Shown piece by piece: positions 27,845 to 42,377 of a stretch of 64,000 bases of DNA. This DNA comes from Eledone cirrhosa (lineage: Eukaryota), in the NCBI GenBank assembly GCA_964016885.1, contig OZ024742.1:269204001-269268000 (forward strand), written 5' to 3'. Under the pieces are notes generated by a model that made no database searches, was not told the origin of the DNA, and saw nothing but the letters and a program-made list of their open reading frames with translations. Every line of letters starts with the position of its first letter. Position 1 is the first letter of the stretch. A program made the translations under genes and the position numbers.

Positions 27845-27999
27845 GTGACATTTTAAGTGCGGCTAATTCCACGTCGATGCTAAAACGAAAATAACCTCGA
27901 TACTTATAGAATTTATGCTTATGAACATTGGTAGATGAAAATCATTTGCATACAGAGCATTAGGTGGCGTGATTGAATTAATGAGAGGTAGTGTCTGGG

Positions 28000-28720
28000 T
28001 ATATGGAATGATAGGGTTAGGGTCACACATGGAGAAAGATCACAAAAGGCCACGGTCAACCTGATCGCTACGGTGAGTGCACTCTGTGTTTTCCAACTCC
28101 AATCTATAGGGAAATACGCTAAACGGACTCATTCACTCGGGCCATGCTTACCGCTCTCACCCCTCCTCAACAAATTGGTTTAAAGCCAGCATTTTCCTCT
28201 CCGCACTTATTTTTCTCTTCGGGTAAAACCATCGAGAAATAGATAAGACGAACGTGTTTGTTTTCAAAACCTCCAGACGCGTCCACCACATATTCTTTTG
28301 GCTTCCAGGCTGTCCTTCCCTTCTAAAAGAAGACGGCGTGGCAATATTTCCGATGATCTCAGCTGATACCCGGTCCCGCCGTACACGGACCGTAGGTGAC
28401 CGATATAAATTCAGACGTCTGCAATGCTCGAACACAAGACGATTGGTGCAGGACGGTTTTGTTAAATTATGCGACTCTCGGACAGGCCCAGCTAACGCTA
28501 CTTCTATACTTGTAAATTATATCTAGAACTACGAATGCTCTCCGGTAGCAGAGTTAGGCCAGGGATTTCTGAAAGTTATCCATGGGGGCTGAACTGAAAG
28601 TGCTCCGGACAAGATTAGCTAGTTGATTATCAGTGACGTCCAGAATCTCCCAGGAACGTCGTTGCTTTACCCTCCAGGACCGCAGCTTCCTTAAGGAGAC
28701 GAGCATGGACAAAACGTATC
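28000..28720 (-). mobile_element. Tx1 3' fragment, decayed
   Basis: Homologous to 30-890 (PMDNFQKSLA, WWTRL, KRKI). Confidence 0.85.
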
Positions 28721-28799
28721 TAGTGAACAGTAAAAATAATTTTTGATTTAGGCATAAGGTTAACAAAATATTTAGAGGAAGTTTATTAAATCGACTCAA

Positions 28800-28856
28800 G
28801 TACTTTATTGGTGCTTTATTCTATCGACCGCTTAAGGATGAAAGGCAAAGGTAACA
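28800..28856 (-). mobile_element. SINE core fragment
   Basis: ctttattctatcgacc...aaggatgaaaggcaaag. Confidence 0.65.
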
Positions 28857-30077
28857 ACTTTATCAGCTACTAGGTCCAATGACAATGACGATGCAATAGA
28901 CATGGAGTCTGAACGTTTACATTAATATTAGTAAACATAAACGAAACAGGAAGCAGATTAAAACAAATTTACAACAAATGAAATCCCAAATAAGGAGGGC
29001 AAACGCCTTTCAGAGATAAGTTTGGAACATCACATAACCGAAACAATCCTAATGGCCAAGAGCATCTTATAAAAATGTTCTCTATGTTTCTGTAAACAGG
29101 CAAACGTAACATTCACTGGGGGTATCCAGGTTATATTTACCCACATTTTACCAAAAATCCTGAGGGAAAGCACTGACTTTAACACGCTTTTCTTCCTTTC
29201 GAAGTGAAACAGGAAAACATCACCAAAGGCTTTGCCGAATAAGAAATGAATGTCTTCTGTTTTATCAGTCTCGTTAACTTAACAACCTCTTGCTCTATAA
29301 GCAATAGAGATGAATTCTGGATGTCATTCCAGTCCAAAAGAAATTCAGTGGGCTCCCATTCAGAATAGAGTAGGCAGATAACAGGATAAGTCCTCCATGC
29401 TATAATAGCTTATTCTTCTTTTACTTCTTCTTCTCCCTTTCTCCCTCCTCCTTCTCACCTCCTCCTCCTCCTCCTCCTTTCCGTCTTTCTTCTTCTTCTT
29501 CTTCTTCTTCTTCTTCTTCTTCTTCTTCTTCTTCTCCCTGAGAGAGGTGTGGGGGAAGATTGTTTAAACTCTTTTCAGTGGCTCCTGTCATAAGCAACTG
29601 TCTCCAACTGATCCGGCTAGAGCTCCATTGACACCAGCCAATCCCATTGATCGTGTCCTATAGCGTAGATTTACGGTCGTCTTGGTAGTTGATTGCGTTG
29701 TGGTGGTGATTGGTTTGCTGCGTGTGTGCTCACTTGTAGCTTGCTGTGTGGTGTAGTCTCTGTTGTGTGATACAGTATGAGCTGAGGTTGCACGGGTGCA
29801 GGTAAGTGAGTAAGTGTTCAATAAGATGATGATGATATGATAGTTCCTTGAACACGCAGGAAATGAATATATCTAAATGAACCACGATGACACCAAACCA
29901 CTATATTATTAATTTTTTGAAAATAGCTTACGCCGAAGCTATACGAAAAATAAAGAAAAATTATGGAGGTTATTTGTTTGTTTATAAAAATAGAATTATA
30001 GTTGTATTTACGAAGATAGCTTCATATACATGACTACTGGCTTGGTTGAGAGAGAGTGAGTGAGAGAGAGAGAGAGA

Positions 30078-30139
<62 letters not shown>

Positions 30140-30899
30140 CCAAGCGATACAGATTGAGTGAAAAAGAGAAAGTAAAATAAATTAAGAGTCAGTAAGACCC
30201 AAGGTGTCTCTGGAAAGCAATAATTTACATATTTACTCTATCAAGAATCGCTCAGAACTGCCTGGCCTGGTCTGAAGCAGGCTATTTATCTACGGATAAC
30301 CCAGAAAATGACCGTTAAATGTCACCCAGGGGTCAATGTATGGATAGCTTTCGCTAAAATCCAACTATCTTTCTCGGGGTCTACCACAGGGTTTCGTGCC
30401 GGTGGGTTTAGCCCATAAAAGTTTTCCACCGATTCTTTCCTGAGACATTCGAAACACATGCTCGTATTATCGGAGCTGTGATCTATAACTTTGCTGAAAT
30501 AGTGGCTCTACCCGGATTGAGTCTCTGATCTCTGAGCTACGAACTCTATCGAGTAATGTTAATAGAAAGGCCCTTTGGATAAACCCCATTTCGGACGGTT
30601 GTATTCGTAATCGTATTCTTTCGGGCATTACTCAAGATAATTGACCAGACGTAACGTTCGGCATGAATATTGAACTGAAGATAACGATTTCGGCATATAC
30701 TGAACATCGTATTCTGAATCAGGAGCAATTCTTGCACTTAATTACACCTCATGCTTTCCAGCACTTGTGAATACGGCCCCTACATAATTGAAATCCCCCA
30801 CCTAATTTAATTAAATTCCATTTCCATGTAGAGTGTATTGCGTGACCTTTATTGAGAGGAAGAGTTTCTCAGTTTTCGTAGCACTGCAGCACTTGGCAT

Positions 30900-32100
30900 C
30901 AACATAATTGTCAAATGCAAGATGGAGAGCACATTGTCTGATATGTGCATGCGTAACGGAGTCCGGCTACTATATTGAATGGTCTCCATTTTTCCACATT
31001 TATCCCAACTAATATATTCGGACAATCGTATATAGGAAATAAGAAACAAGAAGCTGACCACCGATCCCATATTCCTGGAGAACTATTCATATTTCTCAAA
31101 GGTTCTGGATATATTTCGCCCGCAGCATTTAATACCTGAAGCAGAAGTTGCTGAGCTGAATAATCTGCACTCTGTCTCAAAATGTTCAGTTTGCTCAGTG
31201 AGCTCTCTGAATTTGGATGCAATAGCATCTGCATACTTTGTCCTCACTTATTTATCCACCAACGCTTCCCACTTGATCGTGTATGTTCCCTGGGCAGCCA
31301 TTCACTTTAGGTATTCTCAAGTTACAGATAACTAGATTTGGACAACTCAGCCTCTCTATTAATACGGACATCCATCACTGAATCGAAGAAGTCAGAGACA
31401 ATAAAAAAAATCAATTATTTATTTCTGTCCCTGATTCCCCTTATGCCATGTATATTAATGGATGTATCCGAGCTGGCAGGAAATGTTCACAATAGAGAGT
31501 CCATTGCTAGAACAGAAGATTCTAGGCCCCTCCTATCGTACTTATTTCGGGGATCGCCGTTCATTCCAATCACTCATTTCAAATAGTCAGTGCCAACATA
31601 TGCGTTGAAGTCTCCCATCTGGAAGGATCTGAATTCAGACTCATAAAATTGCACCAACCACAGAGAACTAATTTTCAGCATAGACTTCGACACCCGTGGC
31701 TTGTGCGTATCTCCACTCCCGCCTGTGCAGTCATATCTGTCGCAATTCCTGAATAGTGGAGTCTCCAATCGCCACCCAAATATACAATATCAGAGCCACG
31801 TAACTCTGTTAAGAAAACCCCGACTATAACTAGCCGGTTGCAAATAGCATCCTCCACTAGTTCCTGTTCCTTACTTGTAAGCGTTGTTATTTTCCAGGAT
31901 CCAGTTGTCAAGATATTTTCCCTTCCGGACTCTTTTGGGATCTCGGGATACGCAATATATGTACGTCCATGCCACGCATCCCAGGACATGTCGCAGACCA
32001 ATCGCCAGTTTTTGCGGCATGAAAGGGAGAATGCATTATATTTTTCGAAAAGGCCACACTGCTTAAAGTGTGAAAGCATCCCTTGTTAAATCGCAAGAAG
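30900..32100 (-). mobile_element. Second RTE-clade LINE, endonuclease region, decayed
   Basis: SWKITTLTSKEQELVEDA...LVIVGV...GDWRLHYSG, MGDFNAYVG. Confidence 0.75.
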
Positions 32101-32519
32101 GGCTATGGGTCATGGTTTATTTTAGTTCATCTCATCATTTTGCAGCTTTGTTGCTCTTATTCGCGCCAGTCACCAAACTGATACTTTAGCAAACCCGCGA
32201 GGACTATGCTTTTGTAGTGGCTTGTAAGTGTTTTCTTGGTGGTTACAGCTGTCACCCATTGCTACATTTCCCATAGTCGTTACAGAATTGCTTATTTGTT
32301 TGACACCTACACACATATATCGCAACTAGCCAACATATCTGGTGGCCGTATTGTTATCCGCCACCTGCGACCCGTTCCCTTTCAAAACAGTTCTGCCAAG
32401 GAGCTATAATGTCTATCGACGAAACATCACATGGCAGCAATGCTTAAACTGTGGACGAATGAGTACAAAACAGTTTCTTCGCATTTCTTGTGTCTAGGAG
32501 AGGTTAGTCTAAAAGCAAT

Positions 32520-33560
32520 TCCGTCCCAGTAGAACTTGTTAACTGACAGTGTCGCCTGAATTTCAAAATGTTAGCCACCTACTCTCAATGTTCACTTGAC
32601 TCAAAACTGCAGTATATTCAAAGACATGAACTGTGGAAAAGTTTGTCTGACAAATGGCCACCAGAGTTTTTCTCTGTTTAGTAATATCTGGAATTGCCGT
32701 AAACTCAGTGTATGATTACGCATTCTAAAGTAGGGCATGCCGAACCACACGCGCAAAAGGTGTTGTGGAACATAGACCACCTGACCAATGGAACCTGTCA
32801 ATTCCATAAAAAGTGAAAGAGCAAGCATTTCAGCTTGGTTAGGCACGAACCGATTCATAGCACAGGGGTCTGTCGGTAATTAGTCACGTATGCTATGTAA
32901 GCGTTCGCCACTTCTATGTGAGTGTGACGAACCTCCTCCTTACCTCTTCTCAGATATTTTAGCGATGGAGATCTGTGCCAAAGCTGACCCAGAGCAATTT
33001 AAACCCCACGGCTGCGCAACAGCTGACTTCTCTGTTGAACTGCATTGAATTACTCTCCAGGTGTCGAGGTGCAACCCCACCAACTTCTCCGGGGTAATAT
33101 ATATCACCACGATGTTTTAATATCCCTATCAGAAGTAGCTTAACAATTTGACCCCCAAGATATTCGACACCATCACACTGTCGTCGTCTGCATTTGCCGA
33201 CTCAGCCCTCCCACGTTCGAACGGTGTATATTTCAACAGCTCCAAATTCCGAAGAAGTGGTCCAAACGCACATACAGAAATTTAGGAGAGTGGACACTGT
33301 TGACGAATCGAAGATGGCCATTTACTCTGACAACCGGGCAGATAAAACTGTGCATTGATGTGATCCGTGGCATTCTTAGCTGCCTCCAATATGCGACGGT
33401 AAATACAATGAAAAGATTTAGATCGATCGATATTGTTCAGAGCACCACTGAAGCCAGGTTTACTCATTACTTTTACATTCTGTATCGAATTAGGTGGGAG
33501 TTGTTTTGTATAAACCTTGTTGAGATCGATCACGTTTGTCTTTCTCCTACCATAATGATG
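32520..33560 (-). mobile_element. Old Tx1 RT/C-terminal remnant
   Basis: GALNNIDRSKSFH, SIRQQCPLS, SANADD, GMPYFRMRNHTLSLR, WWPFVRQTFPQ. Confidence 0.75.
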
Positions 33561-34270
33561 ATGAGGAACGTCAATCTCCTACCTAGTACATTCGACAACA
33601 ACTATGTAGTGAAGAGTGTTATGGACCAGTATATTTCCGTTGTGTCCTCGTGTTAGCGTATTTCCTCATTGGGTTTGTTACTCCCGTGCTGCTCAATGTT
33701 CCAATAGACAGGTGCGAGAGCATCGACGTACAAGGCTGCCATATCTATGTAAAATCTTTAGGGTTGATCATCCAAAATGGGTGATGTGTGCAACGTAGAG
33801 GAATTTATTGATATCGTTTATCCACCTGTTATTGATTCAAAACTAATCACCGTTTTGATAGTGCAACACCGCAAGTATTGACCGATGTTCCAATGAACTG
33901 TCACTTACTAAATGTTCTAATCCCGCTTATGTAGACACTATATACCAGGGCGGACGCATTAAGATTCCAGTAACAATATTCCTGTTTCCCTGTTCTGTCT
34001 AAGTTGACGATGTTTATAACAAATCTATAGTCTGGATATGTGCCCTTGTTAGTCTCAAAATATGAACAAATATATTCAAATTTCATCGAGATGAGACTCC
34101 ATCGAGATGGTACAAAGGAACATTCGGGAATTTTTGTTACAACCTGTGAGATATATGCTGACGTCTGTTCAGGCTTTTGGTGCTTTGAGACACCTGCCGA
34201 TCTTTTTTATCTGAAACACCCAAAGGAAACATTTTGTATACTAGATGCCCTTCTAATCACGGAAACAGGG

Positions 34271-35760
34271 AATAATAATTCATTATTGATTACTTGGACA
34301 GGAAAAAGGGGAAAATACAACTGAAAAAGGACTGGGGATTTACATATAATTAATAGAGTAAACAAATAAAATAGGACACAAAATAACAATTTGTTAAAAC
34401 AAAATGATTCTCCAATAAGGGCCAACATCGGCCAGGTGTGGTTTAGGAACTCCACATATATAAAACAACTCTACTCACAAAGTTTTCCCTAGGAACTTGC
34501 TCCTTTCTTCTCTGAAATTTCCAGCCAAGAGACGCATGTTCTGGTCATCATTGTAACATTCACCCACCTCTTAACAAATGTACTGAGGGCAGTACATCCA
34601 TTTCTACCCTCAACTTCCTTTTCAAATGGAATTTGAAAACATTATTGAGGCCTTGCCGGAAAGGTAAGTGTTTGTCTTCAGTACTTTCAATCGTGTCCAC
34701 CACACCACCTCTTTCGCTACAGCCAATAGACAGACGAAAGCTGCCTGCCCTTCTCGGCCAAAGGTAGGTAGTGGGGTGATATTCTATTCCCGGCCAAAGG
34801 TAGGTGGTAGTGTTGGTGGTACTGGTGGTGGTTGCGGTGGTTGTGTTGACGTTTTTCGTGTTCGCTCTGTTGAAGTTGTCGATGTGTCACTATTTCATTT
34901 GGGTGGGTTTGTGTGAGGTAAATATGTTTTTTTTGTTTTCTTTTTGTTTCTTTGGTTTTGGGGCGCCCCTTCACATCGAGATGTGGAGGTACCGGTTTCT
35001 GTGGAATCTGTCTCAGATATGGTTGGGAGTCGTCTTGTGCTTCTGTGAGGGTCTCTGTGTGTCCGCGTTTTTAGTAGGTATGGAGAGAGTGAAAGAGCTT
35101 GGTTGGTCAGACCCCCTGGGTATTTTTGAAGATGTCTGTTGTATTTCTTTCTACTCTTGTTGGTGCTGTTGATGTCTCAGCTTCTTTTGTTGTTGTTGTC
35201 ACAGTTGCTGGTCTTCTTGTTTTTTCTTTAAATGCTGGAGTAGTAAATTAAGTTTTTCTTAATGTTCCTGCTCGCATTGCTGTTATTAATGTGGCTCCGG
35301 TGTGGAATACTAGCGTTGTCGTTCCTTTTGTTAAGACCGCATCGTTGATATTAGCGGTGGACTTTCGTCTTCTTTTTTGTGCGGCGGGTAATGAAGATGG
35401 CTTTTTGGTGGTTAATTGTACAACAAATGTGGCCCCTTGCTTTTGCTTTCAATATTTACTCTACGTCTCACCCCTTTAGACAGACGCATTGAGTGTGGTT
35501 TATGTTATACTCTTCTGGTTTCACTTGAAGCAGAATATGAATATGACCTCAATGAGTGTGTCCAGCTTTTCAATTATTTACCAACTGTATAGTTGTGGTA
35601 GAATACCCGGTAATTTTTTTGAGGCGTATGTCAGATATAGGAGAAAATTCTCGCTCAAACAAGGGATCACGAAATGTTCGCGTGGTCGTTTCTTTTAGTG
35701 GGCATCTCCATGCTGGGAAAATGTCTTGCTCTTAGTATGTGGGCTACGTCAGTCGTTAAA
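34271..35760 (-). mobile_element. Internally deleted Tx1 derivative (ORF1 remnant fused to ORF2 3' end, 3' UTR and ATT tail)
   Basis: 34520-34790 matches the ORF2 end (VVWWTRLK); 34800-35760 is ORF1-like; ends caataatgaattattatt. Confidence 0.7.
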
Positions 35761-35989
35761 AGTACACCCCTCAGCCAACTGGAAATCAACGAGACATGAC
35801 AATTTCTCGAATTTATGTCTGAAATATTTAACAGGGTTGCATGGTGTACTTTCAAAAAAGATTTTTGAGATGCTGCCGTAACCAGAAATGACACCAGACT
35901 GACTCAGGAAATATGACACTCAAACGCCTAAAAGCAGAGACCCATTCCATGCAATTATACAGCTTAGAGGAACTTAACTGAAAGAATAT

Positions 35990-37700
35990 CGCAGAAACTG
36001 ACAAAATACGAGGGAAAAAAATGTTTGCTGGAGAACATAAATGAAACGGTTAAGGCTCATATCAACATTAATTAAAAATCAATAAGAGCAACAATTGATT
36101 TCTAGGAGGCCGTTGACAGTATTCGTCATGCGTGATTACTGGACACACTAACAAGAAACAATTGTTTCTACCTTAGGAACAAGGCCAGCAATTACCCAGC
36201 ACATTACTGGTACTTTATTTTATCGACTCCGTAAGGATGAAAGGCAAAGTTAACCTCAGCGGGATTTGAACTCAAACCGTAAAGGGACGTAACTATGCTA
36301 GAAAGCATGGCGTCCAACCATCTACCGATACTGCCAATTCACAAGAAATAATGCAATACCAACTATTAGAACATTCATCAAACATACACTGAGGAAGTGG
36401 TAAACCTTTCTGCAAATATATAAGCAAGATTTATTTCAAGAAGCTGAGACGATGTCAATTTCAACATTCCTCTTCTGCTAAGCTCTGACACCGTTTTCTG
36501 AGATACTAAACATAACTATACTTGGTTGTAAATGGTTACCCAAGCAGGTTATCACTCTCCTGTATAAGGACAATCTAAAGCATTGCGCTGCAATGTGAAC
36601 TAGATAATAAATAATTAATATGACTAGACAGATAAATAGAACAAAATAGATAAAATACATCACACAAAATCAGTTGTAGAAATAGTATAACTACCAGCAA
36701 CACGACTAGTATGGGACCTTCTGAAACTAGAAAACTCCTATAAATTAACCCCTGTAGAATTAAAGAAATATCAAATGAAGCTTAATGTAAAGATGAAATG
36801 TGATGAAATATGTACAAACCAACAAAAGAGTTTTTTCTCTTCAAGGAAGCTAACACATCCATAAAAGAAAGTGAATTGATTGTTAATTGTGAGGAAAATT
36901 AAGATACAGAAGAAACAGCAACAGAAACCCCGAAAAAGAAACACTTCTTCAGAGTGCGAAGGTACAACAAAAGCAAGGAAAACAACTATATTACCAATAC
37001 TCCAAAACAAATGCAGGATAAGGGTGAATAGACAAGCTACATTCAGCAAGGTAGATAAGAAGCACTAGAATATGAACAGAGAGCAGATGTTTGAAACAAT
37101 TAAAATACCCAATAAATCAGAACACATGGAGTAACTGCAGAAGATGCAGTCGTAGGAAGAAAAGAATGATCACATTGTCTCTGGCTGCTTAGACATAGCG
37201 ACGAAATATTATATATACAGACATGATAGATTTGGGATTTAAATACACTAGAAATAATGCACACCCTATGAAATATGAACAGAAAATTGGTGGTACAAAC
37301 TTACACAAGGTCAACTCTCGGGTGCATGACGAAGCAACCATATTCTTGGATATGCTAATACACACAGGCAGGGAGATCAAACTCAACCCACCAGATAGTA
37401 TAGTTAAAAATAAAAAATGACTTGATAGTGATGTATGTATTTCCACGGACGTCAATATATAAATGAAGGAAATATAGAAAGTATCTCTACCCGCCAAAAA
37501 AAGAAAGATCTTTAGGTAGAAATAACCCGAATGTGGGTGATGGAACATAAACAGTCCCTATAAAATAGGTTCTCTGAGAATGATAGAAAAGTTAATACAG
37601 ACATGTACATAACCATTATTCCCATCGCTTACAAATATATACAGCATAGAAAAAATGGCACTGCAAGTCATTGCACACATATTACGAAAGGGTACACTCG
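35990..37700 (+). mobile_element. Heavily decayed R4/Dong-like LINE
   Basis: IDF*EAVDSIRHA (RT DxxKAFDSV-like) at about 36095; LDMLIHTGREIKLNPPDSIVKNK (RLE PD motif) at about 37345. Confidence 0.65.
36163..36340 (-). mobile_element. tRNA-derived SINE, near full-length
   Basis: Same head, core and tail as the other copies; interrupts the R4/Dong remnant. Confidence 0.87.
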
Positions 37701-37849
37701 ATACAATTGAAATAACAACATGAAAAGCAACAATTCACTAACCCAAGGCACACAGAGATGTGCATTGTGTAAGTGAACATGGGGGATAGTTACCTTCCAA
37801 TACATGTATTAATCCGAATATATGGTAATGTACATCTTACAAAATGGAA

Positions 37850-40800
37850 ATATTTTATTAAAAATAAGATAACAAATAGAAGCGGTGGAGAGGCGAACAC
37901 TTGTCATTAAATGCATCTTAGCTGAGACAAAAAAAGCAACCAACACTCCCCAACCAGATGTCGAGGCTGCACTGAGGTGCATCTGAGTCGATACAGAATA
38001 CATAGCAATGGACAGACAATACGGTACCGCCACGGTGATGTTTAAGTCAGAAGGTTTCACTATAAAGCACGCAATGAGCCATTGCAAAACAAGCAAGGTT
38101 ATAATGTACCCTGCCACATGTGAAAAAGAAAAGTTACAATCCACATTCTTTGGATTGCAGCAGCACTAGATATGTGGTGGCTCTTTGGATGCGGGATTAT
38201 GCAGAGGACAGATGCCTTCCCTATAAAGGTAGCCAGAACATCCAAAGAGGTCTGGTCCGAGTTCATCTATACGTACGTCTCCCGATGAAACCTGAAGAAC
38301 TGAGAAAAAAACCCAGAGCAGATCCGTCTCTACAATGGAGGGGGGTCTATGTAAGTCATGACGGAGGGAAAAGAATCGCACCATGGTGGTTTCTACGCCA
38401 CAACTCACTCGCAAGACTTATGCCCTCAATTATTGAAACAAGCAAGCGTTCGAACGTTTCCACTGCGACCGACGGCGGGGTGAGGACCACCACCAACACC
38501 AGCTCCGGCAATACCAACAGCATCAAAATTGCTGAAAAGCCACCACCACTTTGTCCACCCATGGGGGGCGAGAAAAGTTCTTCCATTCCAGCTCCCTCCA
38601 AAAACATATACACATTGATACAAACACAAGCACTCACACTTGCAGCCACAGACCAATCGTCCTCCAATCGGGAAGATGAGGAAAACATAAACCTACCCCC
38701 AAAAAACAAAACAAAAAAAAACAAAAAAAAATAAAGAAACAAACTCCATATAGCAGAAAACCCCCCACAATAGAAAATACAGACACCACCGACTCAAATA
38801 CCTCCCGATCAACAACAACGCCAACACCACAATCACCGCAATCACCACAATCCCCTAAACGCAAACAACCAAAGCAGTCACAAGAACAATTAAAGACAAA
38901 CGCAAACAAATGGAACCACACCAACAATAAATGCAGACATAGGGGAAATATTTTAATCGAGCACGTTTCGTGTAATAGAATATTTGTTTCTGGTACGAAT
39001 GTAACTCGATTAATACAAGGGAATTATAGAGAGCTTTCCATGGGACGTGCGAAACCCGAACGATGAACCCACATCGAGACATTTAAAAGGGTTCCCAAAA
39101 GAAACCCCACCTAATATGGAGGTAGAATCAACCTACCTCCATAAGAACCCGATAGTCAAGTAAACGTTTCCTCTCTCTCTTTTAGCCTACCAAAATGGTG
39201 ATCATAACAGTAGGACGCTTAAATTTTCTTGGCCTAGGGCCGTCCTGGAAGAAGTCTGCTACACCATCTCAGGTAAATAGATATCGATGTGATTGCTGTA
39301 AGCGAAACCAGGATTTCCGATACGCACTCACTTGCTTCCAATTTCGACGACTGTCAGATCATCGCATCTGTTAGTCGGCCAGTAATGGGAGGTAGGGTGG
39401 CAATGCTGTTTAGGAAAGAGCTTATTCTCGAAGAAAGGTCGTTCTTCCGGGACCTGCACTGTAAGTTGGTGGTCCTTGACGTGCAGTTGTTGCCTTTAGA
39501 CGGGTGGCCGTCTATGCCCCGACCTGAGCCGGACGGCCGGTCTTCTTTAGGCAGCTGGAAGACTTTCTGGTAGCATCTTACTTTTTACTGATAGGTACCG
39601 ACTAGGTTTCCCTAATTCCTCAGTGTGGTCCAGGATTAACCACATAGGGTCATCTATATTGCATATAGTTGGGCTCTTCATTAGAAGAATAGATAGGAAC
39701 AGTTTAGTCTGTCCTCGTTTTGAAACAGTCGCCTATTCAGATCACAAGTTTGTGTTCTGTATTTGGACCTGGTTTCTAGAAGCTGAACATATCATATCTG
39801 ACACCTAGAGCTCACAGGGACTGAGTCATCAATTTAGTTAAGCAAAAGTTGACATGAGAGGTCGTCAACGACAGGTGGTGGGGTCGTCTCAAAAGATAGA
39901 TTAGAGAAATGTCGATAAGCTTTAGTAAAGAAGTAGCGTTAGAGAAAAAATAGAAAGAACGGGGGGCTATTAGTTAATCTGGACGAGGCGATTTGTTGTT
40001 TCATTGCAACTGACGTGGTAGTGGTGAGAATGGGATTATACCATTTCTTTAATGAAAAACAAGTAGCTGGCATTGTCAGATCTAAGGTGCGTGCTCTAAG
40101 AAACGAGGGAACCAAAGCTGTCCGATGCACCAGCGTCGCAGAGACGCAGTGTGCCAACACATCCACAATTCGATATTTGACATACCAAGATGGACGTGAG
40201 CTAAATGATTCCTGACACACTAAGTTCGGCTGTTCTGACGGATTGAGGGGTCGGAGAATGTAGTCGTTGAGGTAGGGACTTCAGTCCCTACCTCAACGAT
40301 TTACGGTGCTCTCGAAGGCCAACGCTGAGCGCTGCGAAAGTCTGATGACTTTAGCCGAAATTCAGGATGCCCTTGTCGGCTGCACGAGGCGCAAGTCTCC
40401 CGGTTTGGACGGTCAGCCCTACCAGCTTTACGTATATATGACAGACAAGTTCACCGATCTCCTCGAAGCGCTTTACTGCAACTGGCCGTAGAACGAGAGT
40501 AGTAACGCTAATGAAGATTGACAAGAACAAGAGTGACACATTAGATAACTTCAGTCCCATATCTCTGCCCAACATAGCTGATGATTTTGGCCAAGGTCTT
40601 AAGGAAGAAGTTGGTACTTGTCGTCGTGGATTTGGTAGGGAGGGCTCAAACTTGCGCAATCCCGACCTGATCCATACACGACAAACTTCTGCTCGTTCGA
40701 TACATCATAGTGAGGGTAATGTGTAAACATTGCATCGTGGGGCTCCGATCAATTTAAATCAATCGAAAGCGTTCTATACTGTCGGCGATAGATACCTGGA

Positions 40801-42376
40801 GGCTGTCATTAAGGCAGCTTGTTTTGGTCTCGTCTTCAGAGGCTGGATGGCTGCAATGCATAGCAGCATCTGCTGAGGGGTCAAAGTTAATAGCCGCATT
40901 TCGAAACTGTTTCAGATCTCACGATCGGTCTTTCAAGGGTGTCCGTTCTCCTCCCTTCTGTACGTATTGATTCTTGAGCCTCTACTGCAGGATTTGGAAC
41001 GGTTGCAGGACATCCCGCTCGAAATGGGATGCAGAAAGGCTGTGTCATCTTATGTGGACGACATCACGATGATGGTGTCGGACACCGTGGAATTCGAGGT
41101 GGTGTCACTTTATTGCATGAATATCAAATATTGACAGTAGCGAATCTTAACAGAGCTCGGCACCTTAGGAGGAAAATCTATGCCGTCAAACAGCCTCATC
41201 GGGCTTCGGACGGGTGGGCTGGTGAAGTTATTTGGGGTTTGGTTCGGACCAGTCCTTCATATTGATCAGAATTGGTACGCGGGGACGATCACAGTAGGCA
41301 CACTCACCTGGAAATGGGCAGAGAGTAAGCTGTCCTGAAAAGTCGGGTGGACATGGTGAACGCGTAAATCATGTTCGTCTTTTACTATCACCAGACCATT
41401 TTGCCAAGTCACCTTTCGTGCCTCGCCAAATTGGAGTGGCTCCTCATCATGTACTAATGGAGGAGATAGGTTCCGTAGGTGAGGCGTGTCATGTGCTGGC
41501 AGCAGCCTCTACTCGGAGTGATGGGCTTGCCTTGGCTACTGATTCACAATCATGCGCTCACGCTGCAGCATCTCCATATATTCTGCCTACAAGGTGAACA
41601 GGTGTGGTCGCCTTTTGTCAGATGGGCTTATCCGCAGCTGGACTCTTTGACTGAGCTATAGTCCTGCGTCAAGAAGGTAAGGAGACTGGTCGACTGGCAT
41701 CTGGAATATTTCCATGCACTCGCTTCGCTCTCCCATGCGGACAATGCAGTCAGTGGAACTCCCAGTCTGGAGTTGTATAGAGAATCAGTGGTGGGCAAAT
41801 GCGACGGAGCACTCAGAGAATCTTTAGAGCCGGAGGACTTTCGTCTCAGGGATGATGCATAACATCCAGAAATCCCTCGCTTCGCAGTTCTAGGTTCGAG
41901 ATAAACTCTACAGGCACGAAACCGCTGTCAGACAGACCTGCCCGAGATGTATCCCGAGAAACGAAACCGTCCTGTACGCACGCATCCAGTTGCCGTGCAT
42001 TACTGGCTTGTGGAGTTATGTCGAACTGCTATTGTCGCGTGTATAACGGATCCGGTTATCGGCCGAGTTCATAGTGAAGATCGATCCACCGACTTTATTT
42101 TGACGGGAAAGGCAGGCAATTTTCCTGTCTGACGGTAGGGAAAGGTGTGTGCGGGACCTCGAAGCTTATGGTGGTTCAGGATTGGTGGGGCACCTGAGAC
42201 GACCCTGGGTGGTTAACCTCTCTGTTGGGGTATTTTCATTGTTGTATTTTCATTGTTTTTTTGTCATTGTAATTTATATTTTTACACACTATATATGTAA
42301 ACACCCACTGCCCCTCTGTTGTATTGTCCCCTATGTGTAGGTCCTTTTGGTCAATAAAGAAATTATCATTATTATC
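37850..42376 (+). mobile_element. Old near full-length Tx1 LINE, decayed
   Basis: ORF1 remnants to about 39160; ORF2 from 39196 (IAVSETRI, YSDHK, KSPGLDGQPY, QGCPFS, YVDD); ends caataaagaaattatcattatt. Confidence 0.88.
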
Positions 42377-42377
42377 A

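Noticed and set aside
30180-30550. GC-richer block after (GA)n, possibly another SINE
   Set aside because: Single copy in the window and no clear Pol III boxes or TSD.
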